Source of the DNA: the human T2T-CHM13v2.0 reference genome, Homo sapiens
Assembly (NCBI RefSeq): GCF_009914755.1
Contig: NC_060947.1
Length of the DNA stretch: 64,000 nt
Direction: 5' to 3' (one strand)
Shown here: positions 13,599 through 30,313 of the stretch, in pieces
Position numbering within the stretch: the first letter of the stretch is position 1
Layout of the letters: every line of letters begins with the position of its first letter
Made by a program: the position numbers and the translations under genes
Notes under the pieces: generated by a model
What the model was told of the DNA's origin: nothing
The model's database searches: none
Seen by the model: the letters and a program-made list of their open reading frames with translations, nothing else

Positions 13599-16500
13599 GT
13601 CACTTAAATCCAAATTCATGGGCCTGGCACACAAGTCCCTCCCCAGTCTGGCCCTGACCTGCCACTTTTAAATTCTTCCCTATCATTCCCCACTGCACAC
13701 ATTCTGTATGCCCTGGCTGTGGTGATTCCCTGAAGGACAAACCTTGCCCACACTTTGGCATCTGCCATTTCCTGGGTCTGAAGCGTCCTTCTTTGTATTT
13801 TATGCCCAAGGATAGTTATTGCCTAAATTGAACATCATATCCTCTAGGAAGCCTCAGCCCACCCCACCAGACAGAGGACAATTTCCTCCTGTGTATCACA
13901 CCACATTCCTGTGGTGGTTCTTGGCAAACAGAATATTCTAACTTCCATTCATGGCTAACTTCTCTACAGAACGGAGGTCTGAGAGGCTTGAGGCCACAGC
14001 ACCTAAGGCAAGGCCAGGTGTACCACATGCCGACTGGGCACTCAGCATGCTTGTTACATGAAGTCACCTGGCCCAGCATTTTTCAGTAACACCAAAATGT
14101 TCCAGAGGAGGCTTTCCTCATCTGAGAGGAAAAGAAATGAATGATGGACATACAAAATGACATGAATGAATCTCAGAATAATTATGCTGAGTGACAGAAG
14201 CCAGGCTAAAATAATAATAATAATAATAATAATAATAAAGACTACACGCTGTGTGATCCCATTTCTATAAAACTCTAGAAAACAAACTATAGTGAGAGAA
14301 AACAGATCAGACATCAATGTAAAGACACAGAAAACATGAAAATGCAAGGAAGTATGACACGCCAAAGGAATACCATAATTCTCCAAAAAGAAACCCCAAT
14401 AAAAAAGAAATTCATGAAATCCCAGAAAAAGAATTCAAATCATTGATTCTAAAGAAGTTCAGTGAGATACAAAAGAATTCCAAAAATCAAAACAAAGAAA
14501 TCAGTAAGACAATTCAGGATATAAATGAGAAATTTACCACAGAGACAGATATAAAAATGAACTAAACAGAAATTCTGGAAGTGAAGAATTCATTGAAAGA
14601 ATGACAAAATACATTCAAAAGCTTCAACAATAGACTAGCTCAAACAGAAGAAAGAATCTCAGAACTGGAAGACAGGTCTTTTGAGATAACCCAGTTGGAC
14701 AAAAATAAAGAAAAAAGATAAAAAAAAGAATGAGCAAAGCCTTCATAATATATGGGAAATCATAAAGTGACCAAATTTACAAATTATCATTATCTCAGAA
14801 GGCGAAGAGAGAATGTAAGGGGTTGAAAAACTAATAAAATAATAGATGAAAACTTCCCATGCCTAGCAGGGAATATAGACATCCAGATCCAGGAGGTCCA
14901 GTGATCCCCAAACAAATATGATGCAAAAAGGTCTTTTCAATGGCACATTATAATCAGAATGTCTGAGGTCAAATTTAAAGAGCAACCCATAAAAACAGCA
15001 AGAGAAAAGCATCTAATCACCTATAAAGGAACCCCCATCAGACTAACAGCAGTAAAATTACAGGCCAGGAGAGAATGGCACGATATGTTCAAAATGCTGA
15101 AAGAAAAAAAAAAATCTGCCATCCAAGGATACTATCCATCAAAATCATTCTTCATAAAATGAAGGAGAAATAAAGTCCTTCCCAGAGAAGCAAAAGCAGA
15201 GGGTATTCATCGACACGAGACTGGTCTAATAAGAAATGCTCAAGGGAGTCCTAAACCTGAAAGTGAAAGGACAACATTTACAATCATGAAAACGTACAAA
15301 AGTAGAAAACTCAATGGTAAAGCAAACACACAAATGAGAAAGACAAAGGACTCAAATGGTACCACTACAGATAGCCACCAAACCACAATGGCAAACAATA
15401 AGAGAAGAAAAGGACAAACAACATACAAAACAACTAGAAAGCAATTAAAAATCTGACAGAGATGAAACCTCAGATATCAATAATAACCTTGAATGTAAAT
15501 AGATTAAATTCTCCACTTTAAAAAATATAGACTGGCTGATGGATTAAAAAACATGATCCAACTATGTGCTGCCTATAAGAAGTGCACTTTACCTGTAAAG
15601 ATACATATAGACTGAAAGTAAAGGGGTGGAAAAAGATATTCCATGCAAATGGAATCCAAAAGTAAGCAGAAGTAGCTATAGTTACATGAGGTAAACTTAT
15701 ATCAGTTAAATGGACTTTAAGGCAAAAATAATTTTAAAAAGACAAAGAAGGTCATTGTATAATGATAAAGGGATTAATTCAGCAAGAAGAAATAACAATT
15801 CTAAATATATATGCATATAACACTGGAGCACCCAGATTCAAAAAGCAAATATTACTACCTCTAAAGAGAGGGACAGACAGAGAGAGACTCAAATACGATA
15901 ATGGTGGAGGACTTCAACACTCCACTCTCAGTGTTAGATCATCTAGACAGAAAATCAACAAAATAAAAATTGGATTTAAACTGGACTTTAGATCAGATGG
16001 ACCTAATAGACATTTACAGAAGACTTTATCTAACAACAGCAGAATGCACATTCTTCTCATCAGCATGTGGAACATTCTGCAAGGCAGACCACAAAACAAG
16101 TCAGTGAATCTTTTTAAAATTAAATCATATCAAATATCTTCTCAGACCACAATGGAATAAAACTAGAAATCAATAACAAGAAGAACTTTGGAAACTATGC
16201 CAATGCCTGCAAATTAAACAATATGCTCCTGACTAACCAATGGGTCAATGAAGAAGTTAAGAGAGAAATCAAAAAACTCTTGAAACAAATGAAAATTGAA
16301 ACACAACATACCAAAACCTGTGGAATACAGCAAAAGCAGTATTAAAAGGGACATTTATGGCAATAAACACCTACATCAAAAAGTAGAAAGATTTCAAATA
16401 ATTAGTCTAACAATACACCTCAAGGAACTAGAAAAGAATAATCCAAACCCAAAATTAGTAGAAGGAAAGAAAGAAAGATCAGAGCAGAACTAAATGAAAC

Positions 16501-16856
16501 AGAGATTAAAATACAAAGAATCAATGAAACAAAAAGTTGGTTCCTTAAAAAGAAACAAAATTGATAAACCAATTTTGCTAGGCTAACCAAAATAGCTAGG
16601 CTAACCAAGAAGAAGAGAGAAGACCCAAGTAAACAAAATCAGAACTGAAAAAGGGGACATTACAATTGATGCCACAGAAATACAAAAGATTATCAGAGAC
16701 TATTATGAACAACTATACACTAACAAACTGGAAAACCTAGAGGAAATGGATAAATTTCTAGAAACTACAACCTACCAAGATTGAATCAGGAAGAAATAGA
16801 AAATCTGGACAGACCAATAACGAGTAATGAGAGTAAATCAATAATAAAAAGTCTCA

Positions 16857-17433
<577 letters not shown>

Positions 17434-18501
17434 CAGCAAAACTCTGTCTTAAATAATAATAATAAAATAATAAAAAGTCTCCCAACAGAGAAAAGCCCAG
17501 GACAGGATAGATTCACTACAGAATTCTAAAAGACATATAAAAAAGAACTAACAGTAATCCTCCACAAACTATTCCAAAAAATTGAGGAGAAGGAAATTCT
17601 CCCTAACTTATTCTATGAGGCCAGCACTACCCTGATACCAAAATCAGTAAAGGACACAATACAAAAAGAAAACTACAGGCCAATATCCCTGATGAACAAA
17701 GATACAAAATCCTCAACAAAATAATAGCAAACTGAATTAAATAGCACATCAAAAAAATAATACACCACGATCAAGTGGAATTTATACCAGGGACACAAGG
17801 ATTGTTTAACACACACAAGTCAATAAATGTGATACATCAACAAAATGAAGAACAAAAACCACACGATCATTTCAATAGACATAGAAAAAGCATTTAATAA
17901 AATGCAATATCCCTTCATGGTAAAAACTCAAACTAGGCATAGAAGAAACATACGTCAAAATACTAACAGCCATATTGACAAACCCACAGCTAACATCATA
18001 TTGAACGAGGAAAGGCTGAAAGCATTTCCTCTAAGAACTGGAACAAGACAAAGGTGGCCACTTTTACCACTTCTATTCAACATAGTACTGGAAGTTCTAG
18101 TCAGAAAAATCAGGCTACAGAAAGAAATAAAAGGCATCTATATTGGAAAAGAGAAAGCCAAATTGTTCCTCTTTGCAGATGACATATCTTACATTTAGAA
18201 ACACTGAAAAACTTTACCAAAACAACTTTTAAAGCTGATATATTCAGTAAAGTCTCAAGATACAAAAATCAACACACAAAAATCAGTAGCATTTCTATAC
18301 ACAAATAATGAAACAACCAAAAAAGAAATCAAGAAGGTAATTCTATTTGCAATAGTTACCAAAAAAAGTAAAATAAATTTAACCAAGGAGGTGAAAGATC
18401 TCTAAAAGAAAAACTACAAAACACTGATGAAAGAAACTGAAGAGTACACAAACAAATGGAAAGACATTCCATGCTCATGGACTGAAAAAATGAATATCAT
18501 T

Positions 18502-18999
<498 letters not shown>

Positions 19000-19177
19000 T
19001 TACAAGGCTATGGTAACCAAAACAGCATGGTATTGGTGTAAAAACAGACACGTAGACCAATGGAACAGAATAGATACACAGAAATAAATCCACATATTTA
19101 CAGCCAGCTGATTTTTGATGAAGGCACCAAGAACATGGACTGGGGAAAGGATAGTCTCTTTAATAAATGGTGCTGGG

Positions 19178-19708
<531 letters not shown>

Positions 19709-19836
19709 GGTAGTTGTCCATAGATGAGGTCTATTTTCTTATTTCCTGAGAACTTATTATGTTTATATTTAAAAGCAATAAAACTATCTTTAAAAGCACT
19801 GTGATATAATACAAAGGTAATAGCATCCAATACCCC

Positions 19837-20275
19837 TGTGGTAGGCAGAATTTCTCAAGGACATTCCCATTCTAACCCCCAGAGCCTGTGACTCTTGTCA
19901 CTTTATGTGGCAAAAGTGACTGCCAGATGTGATTAAGGATCCTGAGATGGAGAGATTACTCTGGATTACCTGGGTGGGCCCAAGGTAATCACAAGGGTCC
20001 CTATAAGTAAAACAGGGATGAGGGAGGGCCAGAGTCAGTGTCATCAGAGTAATGTGGGTCCAAGCCAAGGAACGCAGGCAGTCTCCAGGTCTCCAGACAC
20101 TGGAAAATGCAAGGAATGGATTCACTCTCAGAGCCTCCAAAAGGAGCACAGCCATGCTGACACCTTGAGTTTAGCCAGTGAGACCCTTGTCAGCCTTTTA
20201 ACCTCCAGAATGCAAGCGAATATATGGGTGTTGCTTTAAGCCTGTATGTGATTTGTTATAGCAGCCCTAGGAGAC
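19837..20275 (+). mobile_element. MLT1D-like solo LTR
   Basis: TGTGGTAGGCAGAAT start; GGATTACCTGGGTGGGCCC; GTGATTTGTTATAGCAGCCCTAGG. Confidence 0.8.
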
Positions 20276-20447
20276 TGCTGGTCCCTTTCTTCTATGTATG
20301 TGTTAATCTGTTCTGTCAACAAGCCTTTGCTGAGCTCTACTATATGCCAGCCACCATCCTGGGCCTGGGGAATAGCATGAACATTACATCCCCTGCCCCA
20401 GAGAAATGGACACAGCAGTTGTCATCTATTTAAAAGAAACCAGGTGC

Positions 20448-20545
20448 GAAAGAAAGAAGGAAAGAAAGAGAAAGAGAGAGAGAGAGAGAGACAGAGAGAG
20501 AAAGAAAGAAAGAAAAAGAAAGAAAGAAAAGAAAAGAAAAAGAAA
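20448..20545. repeat. Polypurine (GA)n/(GAAA)n tract
   Basis: Almost pure A/G for ~100 bp. Confidence 0.9.
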
Positions 20546-21290
20546 TCCACCAACCAGGTGCCCAACTTTGTTCTTAACAGATTTGCAGTATCCATTTGGA
20601 ATTCATTCTATATCCTGTTCTGCTAAACCTTTAACGTCACATTTTCAACAATCACTTATTCTTAAAAGAGTGACCCTACTTACAATTACGTATATTCTAA
20701 TTGGGCAATATGACAGACAAAGGCCTTAATTATGGCCCACAATTCACACCTTAGTATGTTATTATGCCTTTGCTACAAGTTGGCATTTATGAACATTACA
20801 CCATGGTTCTGTTCTTATTGTTCTTGCAGGGCATTTGTGTGAGGTAAGGTGACAAACAATGGCAGTCCAACCACCAGAGCCTTTTATTTACCTGAGGAAA
20901 ACATCTTTTGGTCACTGGAACCCAAACCATAGGGAGGGGCTTCCAGTAGGGATCAACTCTGTCCACAAGGAACTTAATTTGCTATTCTTGTAAATTATTG
21001 CACTAGTCATGTAAAGGTAGGATGATCACACTCCTATTTTCAGATGAGAAGACTAAAGCACAAAGCAATCAAAGGCAGCAACTCAAGGAACAAGAATTCA
21101 TTTGCCATCTGTTCCACTTTCCATGTGGATCTTGTAGCAATGGCTCCAAGAGGAGCAGCCACATAAACTTCCAGGCTGGCTCATGATTGGGGCATGAGCA
21201 GCCTTTCTTTTGGTGTTTTTTTGTTTGTTTGTTTGCTTGTTTGTTTGTATGTATGATTCTACTTGCTGCAGTGAAATCTGCCTGTATCAC

Positions 21291-21732
21291 TGTACTGGGT
21301 TGAATAGTGTCCTCCCAAATTCATACCCAACCAAAATCTATGAATGTGATCTTATTTGGATGAATGATCTTTGCAGATATAGTCAAGTTAAGCTGAGGTT
21401 ATAATGGATAAGTGGGCCCTAATCCAACAAGAGGTGTTCTTATAAGAAGACACAAACTTGGAAACAGACTCAGGAGAGAATTCCATGTGAAGATGGAGAC
21501 ACAGAGATTAGAGTGATGCAGCTGCAAGCTGAGGGATGCCAGGGACTGATGGCCACCACCAGCAGCAGGGAGAGACAAGATTCTTCTACTTAGAGCCTTC
21601 AGGGAGAGAATGGCCCTCCCAACACCTTGATCTCAGACTTCTAGCCTCCAGAGTTGGGAGACAATACATTTCTGTTGTTTTCAGCCACCCAGTTTGTGAT
21701 ACTTTGTTACAGCAGCCCTAGGAAAGCTGTAC
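21291..21732 (+). mobile_element. MLT1 solo LTR
   Basis: TGTACTGGGTTGAATAGTGTCC start; TTTGTTACAGCAGCCCTAGGAAA end. Confidence 0.85.
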
Positions 21733-22507
21733 AAGCACACATTACCTAAGTATTCTAGAATAATCAAGAGTAAGGAGTAGAGTAGGTAAGTTAATCTGAC
21801 AGGCTTCCTGGAAGCTAGGAGCTTGAGAGAAGGTTCTTAAAGGAGGAAGAACACAGCTTGGGAAGGAGGATGGCAGGTAACAAATGACATCTTCATCTGA
21901 CCAAACTAAAGATTCCCTCCCAGGCCAGAAGATAACAAGGCATCCACACGTGCACAAAGCACCGTGCATGACACTGCAGATATGCAACCTTTATCACAGC
22001 TGCTTAGCACGAGATACTTTTCACATCTACCATGAAGGCAAAAATTCAAAAGATGAATGGATTTGGGAAGGATGTGGAAATATGGAAGCCCATGGGCCCT
22101 ATTGGTGGGAGTATGAACCAGCAGTCATCCTAGAAGCCACCTGGCAGCACTTGGGGTGTGCCCCATGATGTGATATTCTGCTCCTGGGCACATGGAGAAG
22201 GATGCTTGCTGCTGCACTGACTGTGGAACAGGGAACTGGAGACACTTTGGGTGTCACACCCTAGGACAATTGGAAGCAACAAAGCAGATATAGCAACACG
22301 AAGAGATCTTGAAAACACGGTTCTGAGTGCAGACAGTAGGAAACAGATCAGCACAATACTATTCATAAAAAGCACACATGCACTCTACATATTTCACAAG
22401 GATATGTGCATATTTAATGACATATAAAGAACAGGTGCTTCACAACCATGTGAATGTACTTAATACCATGGAATTGTAGACTTAAAAACTTAAGATAGCA
22501 AATTTAC

Positions 22508-22718
22508 CTGCCTGGGCAACATGAAACCCCATCCCTGTAAAAAATATAAAAATTAGCTGGATGTGGTGGTGCACACCTGTGGTCCCAGCTACTGGAAAAG
22601 CAGAGGCAGGAGAATCGCTTGAGCCCAGGAGGCAGAGGCTGCATTTGGTCAAGATCATGCTACTGTACTTCCAGCCTGGGAGACAGAGCGAGACCCTGTC
22701 TCAAAAAAAAAAAAAAAA
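22508..22718 (+). mobile_element. 5'-truncated AluJ
   Basis: Starts near the end of the left arm; poly(A). Confidence 0.9.
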
Positions 22719-22721
22719 TTA

Positions 22722-23095
<374 letters not shown>

Positions 23096-23473
23096 TTGAC
23101 TGACAAATTAGATAGACTACACAGATGGATAAATAGATAGATAAATAAATAATGTTTAAAATAAGAGAGGGGTCTTGCACACCTTCCATGGTGACCTGAG
23201 ATGTGAGATGAACTCCACTTTCTGCATCAGAGAGCCAAGAGGGTTAGACTAGGATGCCAAACAGGGCCTGGCCCATCACAGTGACTGCACAGGAGGCCTT
23301 CAGGAAGTGGTGACTCTCCCCATCCCCAGCAACAACACACTTTTCCATGGACCTACTTGGAAATGGAATCATTGAGTCACCTTAAACTCCATCAGATGCA
23401 ATAGCAACAGGAAAAAGAAGATGAAAACTAAACTGAAGTTTGGGTAGTGGTATTTTTAAAAACCTAATTTAGG

Positions 23474-23781
23474 GGGCCAGGTGTGGTGGCTCCCACCTGT
23501 CATCCCAACACTTTGGGAGGCCGAGATGGGAGGATTGCTTGAGCCCAGAAGTTCGAGACCAGCCTGGCCAACGTAGTGAAAACCCATCTCTACAATAAAT
23601 ACAAAAATTGGCTGGGCGTGGTGATGCACTCCTGTAGTCCGTGCTACTCTGGAGGCTGAAGTGGGAGAATCGCTTAAGCCCAGGGGTGGTGGAGGCTGTG
23701 GTGAGCCGTGATTGTGCCACTGCACTCCAGCCTGGGCAACAGAGTGAGACCCTGTCTCAAAAAACAAAACAAAATAAAAAA
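23474..23781 (+). mobile_element. AluJ
   Basis: Full dimer. Confidence 0.93.
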
Positions 23782-23849
23782 CCAATTTTAGGAATCCTTC
23801 AACTATCAGCCTGCAGAGAACCCAAAGACATGGGGAACTGTGCTCTTGG

Positions 23850-24605
23850 AATTCTTGACCATTCAGCCCAGCAATTCTCAGATGCAAAATGCCCAGGTAG
23901 GGGATGGGATCCTGGAACAACAACAAAAAAAAACACACCAGGAAAAAACTAAGGAATTCTGAATAAAACATGGACTTTAATAACAGTGTATCAATACTGA
24001 TTTATTGATTGTGATAAATGTACTATACTAATTTGCAATGTCAATAATAAGAGAGGGATAAAGAGGTCAGATAATGGGTACAAAAACGCTGGGTGCAGTG
24101 GCTCATGCCTGTAATCTCAATACTTTGGGAGGCCAAGGCAGAAGGATTGCTTGAGGACAGGAGTTCAAGAACAGCCTAAGCAAAATAACAAGACCCTGTC
24201 TCTATTAAAAAAAAAAATTAAACTTTAAAATGAGTGCAAAAATATAGTTAGAAAGATTAAGTTCTACTATTATATAACACAGTAGAGTGACTCTAGTTAA
24301 CAAGAATTTATTGTATATTTCAAAATAGCTAGATGAGAAGAATTATAATGTGCTCAACACAAAGAAATGATAAATGTATGAGGTGGTGGCTATTCTAATT
24401 ACCTTGATTTGATCATTACACATGATATACATGTATCAGAGTATCACAGGTACCCCTACAATATGTACAATGATACATCAATTTTTATACAGGTTTTTGA
24501 ACAGGGGAAACTGGGTGTGTAGCACATGAGAAGACTCTGCTATTTTCACAATTTTTCTATAAATCCAAAATGTTCTAAAATTTAAAAATCAAAAGAAAAA
24601 AAAAA
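23850..24605 (+). mobile_element. L1MC 3' fragment with nested L1MA 3' end (~24065-24480) and FLAM (24088-24217)
   Basis: GGGATCCTGGAACA...TTGTGATAAATGTAC; TTTATTGTATATTTCAAAATAGCTAG; Alu left monomer + poly(A). Confidence 0.75.
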
Positions 24606-24763
24606 CAGGTAGCTCCTGGGACCTATTTCATCCTACTCATCAGCCTGTTTTTTTTGTTTTCTAGTTTTTCCAAATGTGCAAAAACTTTCCTAATTACTGT
24701 ATGTTTACTGAAGACATTCCTTTTTTACTTTTATTTTTTAATTGACAAATAATAGTTGTACAT

Positions 24764-25050
24764 GGCTGGAGGTGGTGGCTCACACCTGTAATTCCAGCAC
24801 TTTGGGAGGATGGGGCAGGCAGATCACTCGAGTCCAGGAGTTCAAGACTAGCTTGGGCTACGTGGCAAAACCCTGTCTGTACCAAAAATACAAAAATTAG
24901 CCAGGTGTGGGGGGACACGCCTGTAGTTTCAGCTACTTGGGAGGCTGAGGCAGGAGGATCACTTGAGCTTGGGAAGCAAAGGTTGTAGTGAGCTGAGATC
25001 TCCCCTACTGCGCTCCAGCTTGGGCAACAGACTGAGACCTTGTCTCAAAA
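24764..25050 (+). mobile_element. Alu (J/S)
   Basis: Full dimer. Confidence 0.92.
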
Positions 25051-25056
25051 TAATTA

Positions 25057-25818
<762 letters not shown>

Positions 25819-25883
25819 TTATCATTTCTTCATGTTGGTAACATTCAATATCCTCCTTCTGGCTATTTAAAACCATATATTCT

Positions 25884-26175
25884 TGGCTGGGTACAGTGGC
25901 TCACGCCTATAATCCCAACAGTTTGAGAGGCCAAGGCGGGCAGATCACTTGAGATCAGGAGCTCGAGACCAGCCTGGCCAACATGGTGAAACCCCACCTC
26001 TACTAAAACTACAAAAATTAGCTGGGCATGGTGGCACATGCCTGTAATCCCAGCTACTCGGGAGGTTGAAGCAGAAGAATCGCTTAGCCTGGGAGGCAGA
26101 GGTTGCAGTGAGCCAAGATCTCTGTACTCCAGCCTGGGTGACACAGTGAGACTCTTGTCACACACATACACAAGA
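25884..26175 (+). mobile_element. AluS
   Basis: TSD CATATATTCTT. Confidence 0.93.
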
Positions 26176-26819
26176 AACATATATTCTTGTTAACTGTAGT
26201 CATCCTAATAGTATAGAACACTAGACTTATTCTTCCTATCTAGCTGTAATTTTGTATCCTTTACAAAATCTCTTCCTAACTGCCCCCTTCCCCCTAGCCT
26301 TCCCAGCCTCTAGTATCCTCGAATCCACTTTTTACTTCTATGAGATTAACTTTATTTAGCTTCCATATATGAGTGAGAACATGTGGTGTTTCACTTTCTG
26401 TTGCTATCAGCCTGGGTTTTAAGAGGACAGAGGCTCAGGGATGTAGGTGGTTTCCTGTGAAGACTCCAATCCTTTGAATAGAATCCATGGAAGCATACTT
26501 GTGATGGCCTCGTGGCAGAAGATGATTAAAACTGAGTTACACACATGAGGATCAATAAACAAAGATGACTATGATGCTGGATCAGATTTCTGTGATGTTC
26601 TCTTTTGCAATCTGCCAAATTCTCTGCTCTTCAATAGTTTCTCTCATGGTCAAGGCAAGTGAATGAGACTTTCCTGGATAATAAGTTTAGTATTTTCTGA
26701 AAATGAGCTTGTCCCGATGATGGTCCCTGTGAAATGCCTCTCCTTGTGAGTCTGTTCTCTCATCACTAGTAGGAATGTCTAGGTTCTGTATCCAGCCTAA
26801 GAACCTCCAAAGGAACCTC

Positions 26820-27090
26820 CTGGAAATCTCACCTTGTAAGTTAACTTCTCAGCATCTAACTCCCATGTGTGCAGGGAGACCTGTACAAACCATTGCCATC
26901 TGAGGAAATGGCACCACTGCTCCTCAAGCCAGAAACTTGGGCATTACCCATGACAACTCCTTCCCCTCACCACCCACATCCGACCCATCAATGAGGCCAG
27001 TCAATTCGACCTAACAAATCCCTCTTGCATCCAGTCATTTCCTTCAGGCCCACTGCCATCACCCTGGTCCCTCCACTAAGCACTTTGGAC
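26820..27090 (+). mobile_element. L2 fragment
   Basis: AAATGGCACCAC...CAAGCCAGAAACTTGGG...CCACTGCCATCACCCTGGTCC. Confidence 0.65.
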
Positions 27091-28069
27091 ATACCTTACT
27101 CTAGTTCATTTCCACTTTGTTTCTATCTCATATTTGTATGTAATTCTAATGTTTTCGGTATGTGTGTGATTGTGTCTTCTCCAGATTTCTTCTGGATCTT
27201 CCCAAGGTGCTCTACTGATCTGACAGAAAACACCCTTCAGAGTGCCCTGAGTGGCTGCCAGTCCACAGCTAGCCAGTCAGGAGAGGACGGCATGTGCTTG
27301 TGTCACTGTTGCCAGCCAAGGCGTCTGCTCAGGCCCTCTCTTTGCCTTCCTCAATAAAGAGCTATTTTACAACCTTTGTACTAAAGAGAGAAGAAAATAA
27401 TCAGACTCCCTCTTTGAGAAGTGTTCTTTGAAAATGACTATCCATATAAGCAAGTAGTTTTAAAAAAAAACTCTTTCAAACATGTTTGTATCTTTGGCCT
27501 TTTGGAGGAAGATGGGGAGGGGAGACTGGGGAGGGAAGACTGGGGAGGGAATAGCTGACTGGCAAGGTTGTTCTCATCCCCACTGCTGGTGAGGCATTTG
27601 ATTTCATAAGTATTAATCAGAATCACTCTTGATTATAGCAAAAACAACCTTTGCTATAATTTTAATGCAATTAACTAGAATATATGGTAATTCTGAGCAA
27701 TCTTGCTCTTGAGATTAAAGAACAGCCTGCCAGGAAACATACGAATAAAGCTTTAAGATCAAAATTTGCATAATTAGGTTTCTTCCCTGCTCTGCCCACC
27801 CCAACCCCACCCTCTCTGGCTATGCTAAATTCTGCTTAAAGGAGATATTAAAAGTCAGCAAGCCTACTGCCTGGGCTTCCCTCCCAGGCTGGCATGTTCC
27901 TCTGTGAAAGCATGTTTATGTTCCGTGCAACACAGCTCTGATGGACTAACAGACAGCCAAAGACAGGCGGACGAATTACAGAGTGCACAGATTTTAAGCC
28001 ATACTTCCAGAGGCTGGAGTAAACAAGTCACAATGCCTTCATGGTACTAAACTGCCAGGAAGCAGTCCG

Positions 28070-28168
28070 TACAAAAATGAGCCGGGCATTGTGGCATGTG
28101 CCTGTAATCCCAGCTTCTCAGGAGGCTGAAGCAGAAGAATTGCTTAGCCAGTGAGGCAGAGGTTGCAA
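28070..28168 (+). mobile_element. Internal Alu right-arm fragment, no tail
   Basis: TACAAAAATGAGCCGGGCATTGTGGC...GAGGCAGAGGTTGCA. Confidence 0.85.
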
Positions 28169-29084
28169 ATTTGTCATCCTGCTCTGTGGAGGTATCATAC
28201 TAATCAATGCATCAAACCCCAGAACTACAGGTTTCATATTCAATGTTTTAATGCCTGGTCACAAAGGATGTCCTCATCACATATTCCTCCCTCCTCCCAG
28301 GCTCAGGAACTGCTGCCACCAGAAAGGCTCCACCTCCTACACCCCTCCTTTAACAGGGGCTGGGACAGCCAGAGCCACTGTCTCACCCCACTGCACTGCA
28401 CCCCCCCATCCTAGCAGCCCCAGAATCCCTAACTCTCTTGGGAGAGTCCGCCTTGCTCCAGGAGGGAAGAAAAGGCAGCAAGCAGTTATTTTCCTGTATA
28501 AGGGACAAGCAGAACTGTGCACATACACTCCTGAGAAGAGGGGGAATGCGAGGAGTGACGGGAGCACTCGCACCCATCTGGCACGCTGGCTGAGGGCTGA
28601 GCATCTACAGGAACTAGCGAAACAATCCCTATGCCTCCCACACACAAAAGGATTTTTAACATTTAAAATTGTGGGAAATGTCGACAGTCCCATTTCCTTT
28701 TAAATAACTTATTCTTGGATGTGCAGTAAGGCTTGGGCCAAAAGGTTAATATTCCTTTATCAGAAGGCTTAGAAGACACAGAAATCATTTTTGCTATTTG
28801 CTGCTTTGAAAATGCAGAAAGGAGGAAAATGACAAGACAGGGGAACAGTTGGTCCTTTTTTTTACCTTCAACCTCAAGCTGTAACCCCACACCAGAGATT
28901 ACTCACATAACTAAAAACAGGCTCTGACCTCTTGCTCAAGCACTCATATTTATATCCTCTATCTCTCAAAACCCCTGGAAAATATCAGAAAAGCAGCCTA
29001 CAAGCAAATACATTCATGAAAGCACTAGAAACACGAGGCAGGTAGGGAGGGCATCCACAGATTCAGACTGAAGGTTGATAAGAT

Positions 29085-30065
29085 TGGAATGACAGAAAAA
29101 TCAAAGCTGGAGGAGCCGAACACCAGCAAATATTGGATATGGTGCAGAGGAACTGGAACTCATATACTGCTGGTAGGAGTAGAAAATGGTACAACCACTT
29201 TGGAAAACTCTAACTGTTTCTTAGAAAAAGTTAAACATCTTCACACCCCATGAGTCAGCAATCTCACTCCTAGGTTCCATCCAAGAGAAATGAAAACATA
29301 TCCCCAAAAAGCCTTGGACACAAATATTCGCAGCAGCTTGATTTGTAATAGCTCTAAAGTGAAAATAACCCAAGTGTCCATCAATAGGAGAATAGATAAA
29401 TAGAATAGATGCACATAATGGAAAACTGTTCAGCAGTGAAAAGGAATGCTGACACATACAGTACGGCTGAATCTTGAAAACATTATGCTGCATGAAAGAG
29501 CTAGAAACAAAAAAGGAAATAATCTATAGTTTCAATTCTATGAAATTCTAGAAGAGATAAAATTAACCTATGGTATAAAAATCAGATCAGGCTGGGCACA
29601 ACGGCTCACCTGTCATCCCAGCACTTCAGGAGGCTGAGATAAGAGAATCACTTGAGCCCAGGAGTTCAAGACAAGCCTGGGCAATGTAGGGAGACCCTGT
29701 CTCTACAAAAAAGTTAAAAATCAGCCAGTCATGGTGGTACATGCCTATGGTCCCAGCTACTTGGGAGTCTGAGGTGGAAGGATTGCTGGAGCCCGGGAGG
29801 TCAAGGCTGCAGTGAGCTGTGATTGTGCCACTGTACTCTAGCCTGGGTGACAGAGTGAGACCCTGTCTCAAACAAAAACAAACAAAAAAACACTCATAAA
29901 CAGATCAGTGGTTGCTGGGGGCAAGGTGGGGAAGTGCTATGAGGGAACATTCTGGGGGTGACAGAAAATGTTCTGTCTTGATATGCACTCATTGAAACTG
30001 ACTGAACTTAAAGATCTTAATATGTTAGCATTTTACTGTATGTGAATTATACCTCATTAAAAAAA
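29085..30065 (+). mobile_element. L1M 3' region containing AluJ (29589-29890)
   Basis: AACTGGAACTCATATACTGCTGGTAGGAGTAGAAAATGGTACAACCACTTTGGAAAA; Alu TSD CAGATCAG. Confidence 0.85.
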
Positions 30066-30248
30066 TGTTTAGGAAACATACCAGAACTGAGCAACAAAAT
30101 TTTAAAACACTACCAAAGATGACTACTGAAGATCTTAATATCAGAAAGTTTTCCTGTGTGTAAATTATACCTCAATATGTTAAAAAAAAAAAAAAACTTA
30201 AGAACTATACTAGATACGAGTGGAAAAATATTTAAAACACTACTGAAG

Positions 30249-30313
30249 GCTACTCTGGGCACACTGCCTATAAGGCAGCCCTGCTCTGCAAGGAGCAGTT
30301 AAAAAAAAAAAAA
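30249..30313 (+). mobile_element. Short poly(A)-tailed retroposed insert (LTR R-region-like structured RNA)
   Basis: 52 nt + A13, flanked by direct repeat CACTACTGAAG (30238-30248, 30319-30329). Confidence 0.75.

Noticed and set aside
20406-20729. K/R/E-rich 107-aa ORF
   Set aside because: Translation of a GA-rich simple repeat
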